NCBI GenBank assembly: GCA_043803815.1
Contig: JAZDJR010000008.1
Location: 1-38,236, forward strand
Reading direction: 5' to 3'
Length of the DNA stretch: 38,236 nucleotides
Source: Candidatus Micrarchaeota archaeon
Lineage (GTDB): Archaea > Iainarchaeota > Iainarchaeia > Iainarchaeales > JAGVWC01
The notes below the pieces were generated by a model. The model was not told the origin of the DNA. It did not search any database and saw only the letters and a list, made by a program, of their open reading frames with translations. Below, one piece after another: positions 1 through 8,039 of the stretch. The stretch's first letter is position 1. Each line of letters starts with the position of its first letter. Made by a program: the position numbers and the translations under genes.

Positions 1-1
1 G

Positions 2-184
2 TACGAAGTTTTCAAAAAACATCCAAACTTGAGGAAGAGATATTGGGGTGGACATTTGTGGTCGCAAGGTAGTTTCGTGCGAACTGTTGGGGCTGACTTG
101 GACGTCGCACGAAACTACGTGCGCAACCAAGCCGACATTCATCAAACAAAACTATCCGTCTTTACCCAAAACTCACCCCTTTAG
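2..184 (+). CDS. tnpA: IS200/IS605-family TnpA (Y1 HUH) transposase, 3' part only (truncated by window start)
   Basis: Frame 2 (not in ORF track) reads YEVFKKHPNLRKRYWGGHLWSQGSFVRTVGADLDVARNYVRNQ...SPL*, matching the TnpA C-terminal LWSxGYFxxTVG...YIxxQ pattern. Confidence 0.88.
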   Translation, partial: YEVFKKHPNLRKRYWGGHLWSQGSFVRTVGADLDVARNYVRNQADIHQTKLSVFTQNSPL

Positions 185-191
185 GGGTGAG
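172..191. mobile_element. IS200/IS605 right-end subterminal hairpin
   Basis: CTCACCCCT-TT-AGGGGTGAG perfect inverted repeat overlapping the tnpA stop codon. Confidence 0.75.
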
Positions 192-195
192 ATAT

Positions 196-417
196 TTATC
201 GCTTTTTCTTTTTTTTCTTGGTTTCGTTCCATGCCTTGGCCATCAGCTGGCTTTCTTCTTGGTCCAGTTTTTCGGTTGCGACCCCGTTTTCAACGAGCAC
301 CCATTCCCCCTGAATTGCCTGGGTTGCGTTCAAAACCGTGCGCTTGGTTTTTCCAATCCGCACGATTACTGAAAATCCGTTTTCTCGGATTACCTGGGCC
401 GGCAAAGCAAGGCACAT
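196..417 (-). CDS. hypC: HypC/HupF-family hydrogenase maturation chaperone homolog (73 aa)
   Basis: Internal ATG at 417 gives the MCLALPAQV N-terminus (HypC MCLAIP signature) and GEWVLVENGVATEKLDQEES (cf. GDYVLVHAGFAIEKLDEEEA). Confidence 0.8.
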   Translation of the reverse strand: MCLALPAQVIRENGFSVIVRIGKTKRTVLNATQAIQGEWVLVENGVATEKLDQEESQLMAKAWNETKKKKKKR

Positions 418-470
418 AAAGAAATGAAAAAGGCAATGCTTTTTTAGGACTTGTGTGTTTTTTCTATTTT

Positions 471-1244
471 GTGTCCAAGCCGCCAAAGAGGGTAATTGTA
501 TTAGGCCGGCATCAGATAAAGCTGGATGGCTTTCTTGATAGCGTTGCTCGCAATCCTCCTGCCAGCAGGGAAGAACTTATCGCGCGTGTGAAATCCTCCG
601 GGTTGGGTCGCGTAGCCTTAGTGGAGGCCAGGCGCAGGCTGGGGACTTCCTTTAAAAGCCGCCAGCATCCGGAGGTTGAAATAGATAATCCCACGCGGTT
701 GCGAGTCCAGGGTCTGTTTCGGAAAAATCAGGGTTTGCTTTTTACCATTGCTCAACCCTATCTTCGCAGCGGAATTTCATTTCAAGAAATTGAGGATTAT
801 GTGCTTGAACGTTCTCTTGCCCGTGCAATGCGGTTTAAGGGAAAAGGGGATGTTGAATTTGATTTATGGGTTACGAGCCTGTGGAAGAAGATGGTTTTGG
901 CCGCGGTGCGGAATCACAAGTCCCGTTATTCCAAGGAAAGTTCGCTGGATTCAAACCCCGAAGCAGGGGATACGTCCCGTTTGTTGCGGGTTCTTGTTTC
1001 TTCGCGGGAGCTTCCGCCGGATATAATCCTGTCAGAAAAAGAGAGAAAAAAGCGGCTTGCTTTAGTACTGAATTCGTTGACTCCGATAGAGGGCATGGTT
1101 ATTGATCGGCGTTATGGGTTAAGCAGCGGAACCCCCCTGGAATACAGGCAAATTGGCGCGGAAATGGGAATAAGCCATGAGAAGGTGCGCCAAGTCGAAC
1201 TGAGAACGCTTGAAAAACTCCGGAAAAAAATGCAGGGCTATTGA
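471..1244 (+). CDS. Divergent sigma70-family (RpoD/RpoS-like) protein
   Basis: Region-2-like NQGLLFTIAQPYLRSGISFQEI...RF..KGDVEFDLWVTSLWK and region 4 HTH LTPIEGMVIDRRYGL...LEYRQIGAEMGISHEKVRQVELRTLEKLR; GTG start at 471 is a guess. Confidence 0.82.
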   Translation: MSKPPKRVIVLGRHQIKLDGFLDSVARNPPASREELIARVKSSGLGRVALVEARRRLGTSFKSRQHPEVEIDNPTRLRVQGLFRKNQGLLFTIAQPYLRSGISFQEIEDYVLERSLARAMRFKGKGDVEFDLWVTSLWKKMVLAAVRNHKSRYSKESSLDSNPEAGDTSRLLRVLVSSRELPPDIILSEKERKKRLALVLNSLTPIEGMVIDRRYGLSSGTPLEYRQIGAEMGISHEKVRQVELRTLEKLRKKMQGY

Positions 1245-1334
1245 ATGGGTTTTGCCTGTTGGTTGGCTTTGCATAAAACCGGTTTTAAAAATCGTACGCC
1301 CAATAGTTTTTGATACTTCTTTGGGTGGGTTTTT

Positions 1335-2249
1335 TTGGTTTTTTGCATTGTTGCTTTGGTCGTTTTCGGCATTATGGGCCTTTTTTCGGCTTCGCACCGC
1401 AAGCTGGCAATCGAGGCTTGGGACTGCGTTTTTAAAAGCGCGACCGGCCGCAAGTGCGATTCGAATTTTGACCAGAAAATGAAAACCAAAATTTCCGTCG
1501 GCCTTTTGAAATACAACAAGTCCTTTGGAAATTTTGTTTTCAAAAATTTTAACGCGCTTTCCTGGGTTTTGGTGCTGATTACGATTGTCAGCGTTCTTTT
1601 GATCGGAATCGGCGTGTACAACTGGTGGGCGTTTGGAAACTGCAACGGACCGAACTCAAGCGAGTTTTGCTTGTACAACGCTTTTGGCGGGGGGTTGTCA
1701 GGCCAAGGCGACCCCAGCCAGATTACGGGAAAGCCGGTTTTGGAAAACGGAATTTTAATCGGAAATCCGAATGCAAAATTAACGATTATCGAATTGGGCT
1801 GTTTTTCGTGTCCGTTTACCAAACGGGCCGAGCCGTTTGTTGCACAGGCGTTGCAGGAATTTGACGGAAAAATAAACGTGTATTGGAAAAGTTTTCCGTT
1901 ATCCAATCACAAGTATTCAACCGAAGCGGCTTTGGCGGCGTATTGCGCCAACGACCAGAACAAGTTTTTGGAATACAGGCAAAAATTGTTCGAAAACCAA
2001 TTGTTGTTTTCGGATGAAGGATTAAAGGCGTTTAACGATTTGGCGGGGCAAACCGGCCTGGACAAGCCCATGTTTGCCTCTTGTCTGGGTTCGGGAAAAT
2101 TCAGCGGCCTTATTGCCCAAAACGAAACCGAGGGAAAACAGCTGAATTTGTACGGAACCCCGACTTTTTTTATCGGGAACCGAATTTTGACGGGTCCGAC
2201 CTCGTATGACCAGCTTAAAAACATAATCCTGGAACAATTACAGAAATAA
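1335..2249 (+). CDS. Membrane-anchored DsbA-like thioredoxin-fold protein with atypical active site (ELGCFSCPFT)
   Basis: N-terminal TM segments with Cys pairs, then GNPNAKLTIIE..., FPL, AALAAYCA.DQNKF, GTPTFFIG DsbA/Com1 motifs. Confidence 0.8.
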   Translation: MVFCIVALVVFGIMGLFSASHRKLAIEAWDCVFKSATGRKCDSNFDQKMKTKISVGLLKYNKSFGNFVFKNFNALSWVLVLITIVSVLLIGIGVYNWWAFGNCNGPNSSEFCLYNAFGGGLSGQGDPSQITGKPVLENGILIGNPNAKLTIIELGCFSCPFTKRAEPFVAQALQEFDGKINVYWKSFPLSNHKYSTEAALAAYCANDQNKFLEYRQKLFENQLLFSDEGLKAFNDLAGQTGLDKPMFASCLGSGKFSGLIAQNETEGKQLNLYGTPTFFIGNRILTGPTSYDQLKNIILEQLQK

Positions 2250-2274
2250 ACAGCGACTGTCAAAAGGATTTGCT

Positions 2275-3489
2275 ATGCCGAAAAAAAAATTTGCGTTTTC
2301 CCCGGTTGTCATCGGAATGATTGTCATCATCGCGCTTTTGGTCGTGGTAATTGGCGTTTTGGTTTTTCAAAACCCGGCTTCTCCCAATCCGAACCCCCAA
2401 AATTCGCAGCAGCCTCTGACGCCTTCCAAAGCCACTTTGCAAATTATTTCGATTTTGCCTTCTTCCTGCCCCAAATGCGTTTCCATTGCTTCTTTGGTTT
2501 CCCAAATCAAAACATTGGATATGACGTTTACCGAAAAAACCCTGACTTTGGGAATTGACGCAAAAGCCCAGGAACTGGTAACCCAATATTCGATTGGAAA
2601 ACTGCCTGCTTTGGTTTTAATTCCGGACGCAAACGCGCTAGACCAGCTCAGGACCCCCTGGCAAAGCTTTGGAACCGTGGAAGACGACAATGCAATGGTG
2701 CTGCGGGAAATTCCCCTGCCGTATCTGAATGTGGTCAGCCAAAAGACAATCGGCCTGGTAAAATTGACGACGATTGAGCCCGCGAATTGCCCGGATTGTG
2801 CAACCCAATTGACTTCGGATTTGTTAAATCAAACCGGAATGTCGGGAATCAATCAGGGCCAAGGCGTTTTTGTGGATGACGATTCGACAGTTTTGGCTTC
2901 TTCCGCGGATGGGCAGCGCCTGATTACCCAGTATGCGATTACCAAATTGCCGGCGGTTTTGTTGTCCCCAGAAGTTGCGGATTATTCGGATTTTTTTTCT
3001 TTATTGGAACAGAAAAAATTGGGTTCTACTGAAACCGACGGCACGTGGGTGCTTCGAAATCCAGTCCCGTTGTATTTTGATTTGAACCAGAACAAAGTGC
3101 GCGGACAAATCGAGCTGACTCAGTTGTCTGATGTCAATTGCGCCACCTGCTTTGATGTCAATGAACTGGCCAATTCCATGATTAATTTTTTTGGCTTAAA
3201 GCTTATCCGCAATCAGACGCTGGATATTTCTTCGGTGAATGGAAACGCGTTGGTGAAAAAATATTCCATTTTACGCGTTCCAACCATTGTGATTGGCGGC
3301 GACGTGTCGGCTTACCAGGGATTGGCTGAAAACTGGAACCTGCGCGGCTTTGCAACGCCTGACGGCCATTTGGTATTTGATCGCCAGGATTTGCTGCCGA
3401 CTACTTTGAATTATTTCGACTTGAATTCGAATTCGGTGAAAGCCGGCGAAGCGCAGCCCCAAGCGTCCGGCCAGCCCGCGGGCGGCTAA
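2275..3489 (+). CDS. Membrane-anchored protein with three tandem CxxC thioredoxin-like repeats
   Basis: N-terminal TM helix; CPKC, CPDC and CATC each followed by L(V/I)xxYxIxx(L/V)P cis-Pro-like motif at ~115-aa spacing. Confidence 0.7.
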   Translation: MPKKKFAFSPVVIGMIVIIALLVVVIGVLVFQNPASPNPNPQNSQQPLTPSKATLQIISILPSSCPKCVSIASLVSQIKTLDMTFTEKTLTLGIDAKAQELVTQYSIGKLPALVLIPDANALDQLRTPWQSFGTVEDDNAMVLREIPLPYLNVVSQKTIGLVKLTTIEPANCPDCATQLTSDLLNQTGMSGINQGQGVFVDDDSTVLASSADGQRLITQYAITKLPAVLLSPEVADYSDFFSLLEQKKLGSTETDGTWVLRNPVPLYFDLNQNKVRGQIELTQLSDVNCATCFDVNELANSMINFFGLKLIRNQTLDISSVNGNALVKKYSILRVPTIVIGGDVSAYQGLAENWNLRGFATPDGHLVFDRQDLLPTTLNYFDLNSNSVKAGEAQPQASGQPAGG

Positions 3490-3513
3490 TCGCGGATTAA
3501 GGAAAGTGAATTC

Positions 3514-4200
3514 GTGAGCAAAAAAACCCTGAAAAAGTCCAGCCAGCCCAAAGCCAAAGCATCCGGAATTCCCTTGTCGTATGTAATCGGTGGGTTGCTG
3601 GTCGTATTGATTGCCATTTCAATTTTTGCGTTTTCCCAGCAAAGCCCGCCGACCAATACGATTGGTGCCGATTTGAGTTTGGGCGGCCAAACAGCGGGAA
3701 AGCCGGATTCCAAAGTGACGTTTGTCGAGTTTTCTGATTTCCAGTGCCCGGCCTGCGGAGTGGCGTATCCCGCGGCCAAGCAAATCCAGGACCGGTATTC
3801 CGACCGAGTTCGTTTTGTTTACCAGCATTTTCCCCTGACCCAGCTTCATCCTTTGGCGGTAACGTCCGCCGAAGCCGCGGAGTGTGCGGGACAGCAGGGA
3901 AAATTTTGGCAGGCGCATGATTTGCTGTTTGAAAACCAGTCTTTTTGGACGACTCAGGAAAGTCCGACGTACGGACCGTCCGGTATCCGCGAACTTTTTA
4001 AGGACTTAAATTTGGACCTGCAAAAATTCGAAGACTGCTGGACAAACCGCAAAGGATTGCCCGCGGTGCAGGCTGGCTTGGATTTGGGAAACAAAATCGG
4101 CGTGGCCGCGACTCCGGCGTTTTATATTAACGGCCAAAAAATCGACGGCGATTATTCCTTTGAGCATTTTAAGACCGAAATCGAAAATCGCCTTAAATAA
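3514..4200 (+). CDS. DsbA-family protein-disulfide oxidoreductase, membrane anchored
   Basis: VTFVEFSDFQCPAC, HFPL, AAECAGQQGKFW, ATPAFYING. Confidence 0.92.
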   Translation: MSKKTLKKSSQPKAKASGIPLSYVIGGLLVVLIAISIFAFSQQSPPTNTIGADLSLGGQTAGKPDSKVTFVEFSDFQCPACGVAYPAAKQIQDRYSDRVRFVYQHFPLTQLHPLAVTSAEAAECAGQQGKFWQAHDLLFENQSFWTTQESPTYGPSGIRELFKDLNLDLQKFEDCWTNRKGLPAVQAGLDLGNKIGVAATPAFYINGQKIDGDYSFEHFKTEIENRLK

Positions 4201-4277
4201 AATGAAACCCCGCCTAAGTCGCTCTGTTTTTGGGTTATTTCCGGCATTTTCGCTTTTGAGCTTTCCAAAAAGCTTAA

Positions 4278-4299
4278 ATATATTGGGTACCCGATATAT
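4278..4299. promoter_or_regulatory. 22-bp near-perfect palindrome adjoining the TATA box upstream of glutaredoxin
   Basis: ATATATTGGGTACCCGATATAT (one mismatched pair) adjoining CTTAAATA. Confidence 0.45.
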
Positions 4300-4357
4300 A
4301 CGGGGTTTGGTGAAGTTTTTAAGTTCATTCGGCCTTGGTTGAAATCGGAGGGAAAAA

Positions 4358-4594
4358 ATGACGGTCATTGTTTATTCCACATTGACTTGCCCGTATTGCG
4401 TGATGGTCAAGGATTACTTAAAGCAGCACAAGGTCGAATTCGAGGATGTTAATTTGTCGGTCAGTCAGGACAGGGTTGACGAGATGATTCAAAAGTCCGG
4501 CCAGACCGGCGTTCCCGTGCTTGACATCGACGGCCGGATTATCGTCGGCTTTAACCGCAACAAAATTAAGGAAATCCTAAAACTCAAGGATTAA
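4358..4594 (+). CDS. Glutaredoxin/NrdH-redoxin-like protein
   Basis: YST.TCPYC, GQTGVPV, IVGF; GGAGG SD upstream. Confidence 0.93.
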   Translation: MTVIVYSTLTCPYCVMVKDYLKQHKVEFEDVNLSVSQDRVDEMIQKSGQTGVPVLDIDGRIIVGFNRNKIKEILKLKD

Positions 4595-4740
4595 CACTAA
4601 AATTCGGATTCCTGATTTTGGTTCGCCTTGCCGGTTTGGCGATGCGTTTTCGTTGACAGCCTGGACGCTTGGCATTAATCGTTTCCGGTTTGGATCGCGG
4701 ATTGGAAAAGTATTTGTTCTATTTGGTTCATTCTTTTTTG

Positions 4741-5502
4741 ATGATTCAAAAAAACCAGCCGCGTCTTGCCGAAATCGATTTTTTGCGCGGCCTTGCGGTT
4801 TTGGCCATGATTGGTTTTCATTTTTTGTTTGACTATGATTTTTTCAGCGGCGGAACAGCCGATTTGTATTCCTGGCAAAGCCCGTGGTTTTGGCTTGGGC
4901 GTTTGGCTGCCGTGCTGTTTGTGGCCATTGCGGGGCTTTCCCTGCATTTGCGGCTGCATCGCAAGCGGCTGGCCGGAAAAAACCTGGCGGTTGATTTTTG
5001 GCAACGTGCTGTTTTTGTTTTCGGCCTCGGATTGCTGATTACGCTTTTCACCTATTTGTTTTTTCGGCAGTACACGATTTGGTTTGGCGTTTTGCACTTA
5101 ATCGGTTTTGCGACTTTGGCAAGTGTGCTTGTGATTAACCGCCCGAAACTGGCCTTGGCATTCGGTTTTTTGATTGTCCTTTTGGGTTTGGGTTTTTCCC
5201 TGAACTGGTTTGGGGTTGTTCCGCCGTTTTGGGTTGGTGTTTTTCCCCTGTCTTTTTCAACTTTTGATTATTTTCCCTTGCTGCCTTGGCTGGGGATTTT
5301 TTGGATGGGAATCGGAATCGGACATTTGTTTTATCCGAATGCCAAGCCACTGCTGAACTTGAAATTAAGCTCGGCAAATCCTTTGGCCGGTGCTTTGGCC
5401 TGGCTGGGCCGCAATTCGCTTTGGATTTATTTTGCGCACCAGTTTTTGCTGGTCGGATTGCTGTGGGTTTTGGGCTTGGTTCGGCTTGGAGGGCTTGTTT
5501 AA
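4741..5502 (+). CDS. DUF1624 / heparan-alpha-glucosaminide N-acetyltransferase-like membrane protein
   Basis: RLAEIDFLRGLAVLAMIGFH, FGVLHLIG, DYFPLLPWLG, LGRNSLWIY.HQ; start chosen at ATG 4741. Confidence 0.88.
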   Translation: MIQKNQPRLAEIDFLRGLAVLAMIGFHFLFDYDFFSGGTADLYSWQSPWFWLGRLAAVLFVAIAGLSLHLRLHRKRLAGKNLAVDFWQRAVFVFGLGLLITLFTYLFFRQYTIWFGVLHLIGFATLASVLVINRPKLALAFGFLIVLLGLGFSLNWFGVVPPFWVGVFPLSFSTFDYFPLLPWLGIFWMGIGIGHLFYPNAKPLLNLKLSSANPLAGALAWLGRNSLWIYFAHQFLLVGLLWVLGLVRLGGLV

Positions 5503-5557
5503 ACGGTTTTTTTTGATTATGGCAAACGACAATATTTTTTGAACATTTGACAGTTGT

Positions 5558-6364
5558 TTGCTATATGCAAAAGGCACTCCAGTTGTTCAATTATTTGTGT
5601 CTTTTGCTATAAATCGAACCCCTTATTTTTTGGCCAATCGAACCGGGGTTCCTTGCGGCAGTTTCGTCATGTTTTTAATCTTCTTTGGTTGTACTTCATT
5701 CGGTTCGACTGGCAGGAGCGGTTTTGTGCAAAAAGTTTCGTTTCAAACCAAAGACGGCGTGGTTATTGTTGCCGATTTTTTGACTTCGGATTCAAGCAAG
5801 GCTGTCATTTTGGTCCATCAGTTGGGAAGTTCAAAAGAGGCGTTTTCGGTTCTGGCGGATTTGTTCAATGAAAACGGTTTTGCGGTTTTGTCTTTGGATT
5901 TGCGGGGCCACGGCGAAAGCGCGGGAAAAAAATCGCTTTCTTCCCCCGAACGCTTGACTCCTGCCGATTTTCAAGATATGAATTGGGATTTGTCAGGCGC
6001 CAGGAATTTTTTAACAAAAAAGGGTTTCAGCGAATTTTATATTGTGGGCGCTTCCATCGGCGCGAATTTGGCGATTATTTTTCCGAGTGAAAACGAGGGA
6101 TTTAAGGCAGCGGTTGCCTTGTCGCCGGGCGAGGATTATAAGTCTCTGCAGCCGCTTTCTTTTGCCGAAAAAACAGCCGTTCCGACTTTGCTGGTCGCCA
6201 GTTCCGACGATTCATATTCGTTTGAGTCTTGCCAAAAACTGGATGCGGTTTTTGCCGCGGAGCATGAGTTTTACCGCCTGCAAAACGTGGGGCACGGAAC
6301 GTACATGCTGAATTTGTGGCCCAAGTTAAGCCAAAAAATCGTAGACTGGTGCAAAGGCCATTGA
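5558..6364 (+). CDS. Alpha/beta-fold hydrolase (true start probably downstream; possible lipoprotein signal ending FFGC)
   Basis: DLRGHGES, nucleophile motif GASIG, DD acid, C-terminal GHG. Confidence 0.85.
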   Translation: MLYAKGTPVVQLFVSFAINRTPYFLANRTGVPCGSFVMFLIFFGCTSFGSTGRSGFVQKVSFQTKDGVVIVADFLTSDSSKAVILVHQLGSSKEAFSVLADLFNENGFAVLSLDLRGHGESAGKKSLSSPERLTPADFQDMNWDLSGARNFLTKKGFSEFYIVGASIGANLAIIFPSENEGFKAAVALSPGEDYKSLQPLSFAEKTAVPTLLVASSDDSYSFESCQKLDAVFAAEHEFYRLQNVGHGTYMLNLWPKLSQKIVDWCKGH

Positions 6365-6365
6365 T

Positions 6366-7097
6366 ATGCAGTTCAAATTTTCCAACACTGCACCCGTACA
6401 TCGCGAAACCCATGGCGTGGACAGGGGCTCTTATCTTCGCGAATTCATCTTGGGCAGCCAGGACGGCATTGTCAATGTCCTCGGCATTGTTTTGGGTGTT
6501 GCCGCGGGAACCGGAAACACAAGCATTGTGATTTTGGCGGGCTTGGCCGCCACTTTTGCGGAATCGATTTCCATGGCCGCGGTCGGCTATACTTCCTCGA
6601 AAGCAACGGCGGATTTTTACCGCCAGCAGCAAAGAAAAGAACTGCGTGAAATTGAGAATATTCCGGAACTGGAGCGCGAGGAAATCCGGCGGATTTACAT
6701 GCAAAAAGGATTTTCCGGAAAATTATTGGAACAAGTCGTGGACACGATTACTTCCAACAAAAAGGTGTGGCTGGAAACCATGATGCAAGACGAGCTTCAT
6801 TTGAACAAGGAGCGCCACCACCCAATCAAGCAGGCTATCATTGTCGGCTTTTCCGCGTTTATCGGCTCTTTGATTCCATTGGCTGCGTTTTTTTTGGTTC
6901 CGCTCATTTCGATTCAAACCGCGTTTTGGATTAGCCTGGTTTTGTCGGCTTTGCTGTTGTTTGTGATGGGCGCCTATAAGGGAAAAATTACCCAGCAAAG
7001 CATTCTCAAAAACGGGCTTGAAATCGCGGTTATCGGACTTTTGGCTGCGGCCGCGGGCTTTTTGGTCGGCGCCCTGTTCGGCGTCAAAACACCCTGA
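6366..7097 (+). CDS. VIT1/CCC1 family Fe2+/Mn2+ transporter
   Basis: LREFILGSQDGIV, AESISMA.GY, Glu-rich cytosolic domain E.REEIR.IY..KG, MM.DEL. Confidence 0.92.
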   Translation: MQFKFSNTAPVHRETHGVDRGSYLREFILGSQDGIVNVLGIVLGVAAGTGNTSIVILAGLAATFAESISMAAVGYTSSKATADFYRQQQRKELREIENIPELEREEIRRIYMQKGFSGKLLEQVVDTITSNKKVWLETMMQDELHLNKERHHPIKQAIIVGFSAFIGSLIPLAAFFLVPLISIQTAFWISLVLSALLLFVMGAYKGKITQQSILKNGLEIAVIGLLAAAAGFLVGALFGVKTP

Positions 7098-7154
7098 AAA
7101 ACCCAATCATTTAAATATTGGACGCACGATAGGTCTATTACGGGGTGATACTCA

Positions 7155-7184
7155 ATGGTCGGACCTGGTTGCGGTTACTGCTAG
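7155..7184 (+). CDS. Putative 9-aa CxxC micropeptide MVGPGCGYC
   Basis: TTTAAATA at 7110-7117, SD GGGGTGAT at 7142-7149 five nt before ATG, TAG stop, then T-rich tract ~7219-7231. Confidence 0.55.
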   Translation: MVGPGCGYC

Positions 7185-7262
7185 AATTCAATTAACAGGG
7201 AATTAATTTTCCCATCTATTTTTTTTATTTTCAATTTTGTTAAGTTGCCGATTCGTTTTTTT

Positions 7263-8039
7263 TTACGCGACGCGAACCAGCCTTCCCGTTTTTTTGGCTT
7301 GGCGAAACGAGTAGTTCAAAATCAGGGCCGCGCCGATAAACCAGACTGCGCTTAGGCCAATGAGTGCGTTCCAGTCAACGGTTGCAAACCCAAGGGAAGA
7401 TTTGAGCAGATTGAACGCGTGCGTGCTGGGCAAAAGCAGGGCCATCGAGTGCAACGGTTCGGGAAGCACGCTGATTGAATAGTACACGCCGGAAAACAAT
7501 ACGAATATGTCCGGCACGGCGTAAGCCAGTGAAATCGCGTTGGAGCCGAAATAAAACAGCATGGAAAACGTAAGCATTCCGAGGGTAATTCCGAAAATAA
7601 ACAGGAAAAAAACCGTGATTAAAAAAATTCCGATGTCCGGAATAAAAAATCCGTACAAATAAGAGGTCATGCCGTACAATAGCAGGGTGACAAACGCGAA
7701 TTTGAGTATTGCGGACATTAATCCGCCTAAAATCATTTCGGCCAGCCGGATTGGCGTGATAAACAGGTGCGTCAGCGAGTTGTCCCAGTATTCTTCCATG
7801 TAGTTGACGTTGATTTCGAATTCCGCATGGTATACCGCACGCCACCCGATGATTCCCATGATGACCAGCGAGAAAATTTCAGGGGGTGAATTTAGATAAG
7901 ATAGAAAGAACGTGAGCGAAATCATCAGGATAACCGGATAAATCGTGATGTCAAACCAGCGAAATGCGTTTTGGCTCAATAACTTGGTGTTTTTGTAAAA
8001 CTGGCTGTAGGCGCGCTGAATCGATTTATTTATCTTCAT
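7263..8039 (-). CDS. ABC-2 type transporter permease
   Basis: About six TM segments; EE...L..LF.TP and FSGVYY.ISVLP..L...A.LLP.TH motifs. Confidence 0.88.
   Translation of the reverse strand: MKINKSIQRAYSQFYKNTKLLSQNAFRWFDITIYPVILMISLTFFLSYLNSPPEIFSLVIMGIIGWRAVYHAEFEINVNYMEEYWDNSLTHLFITPIRLAEMILGGLMSAILKFAFVTLLLYGMTSYLYGFFIPDIGIFLITVFFLFIFGITLGMLTFSMLFYFGSNAISLAYAVPDIFVLFSGVYYSISVLPEPLHSMALLLPSTHAFNLLKSSLGFATVDWNALIGLSAVWFIGAALILNYSFRQAKKTGRLVRVA

Noticed and set aside
48-419. 123-aa and 61-aa plus-strand ORFs at the window start
   Set aside because: Region is explained by tnpA in another frame and hypC on the minus strand
4618-4660. GTTCGCC...GGCGATG resembling a fluoride riboswitch
   Set aside because: The two motifs are in the wrong order and the downstream consensus is absent; just a short hairpin
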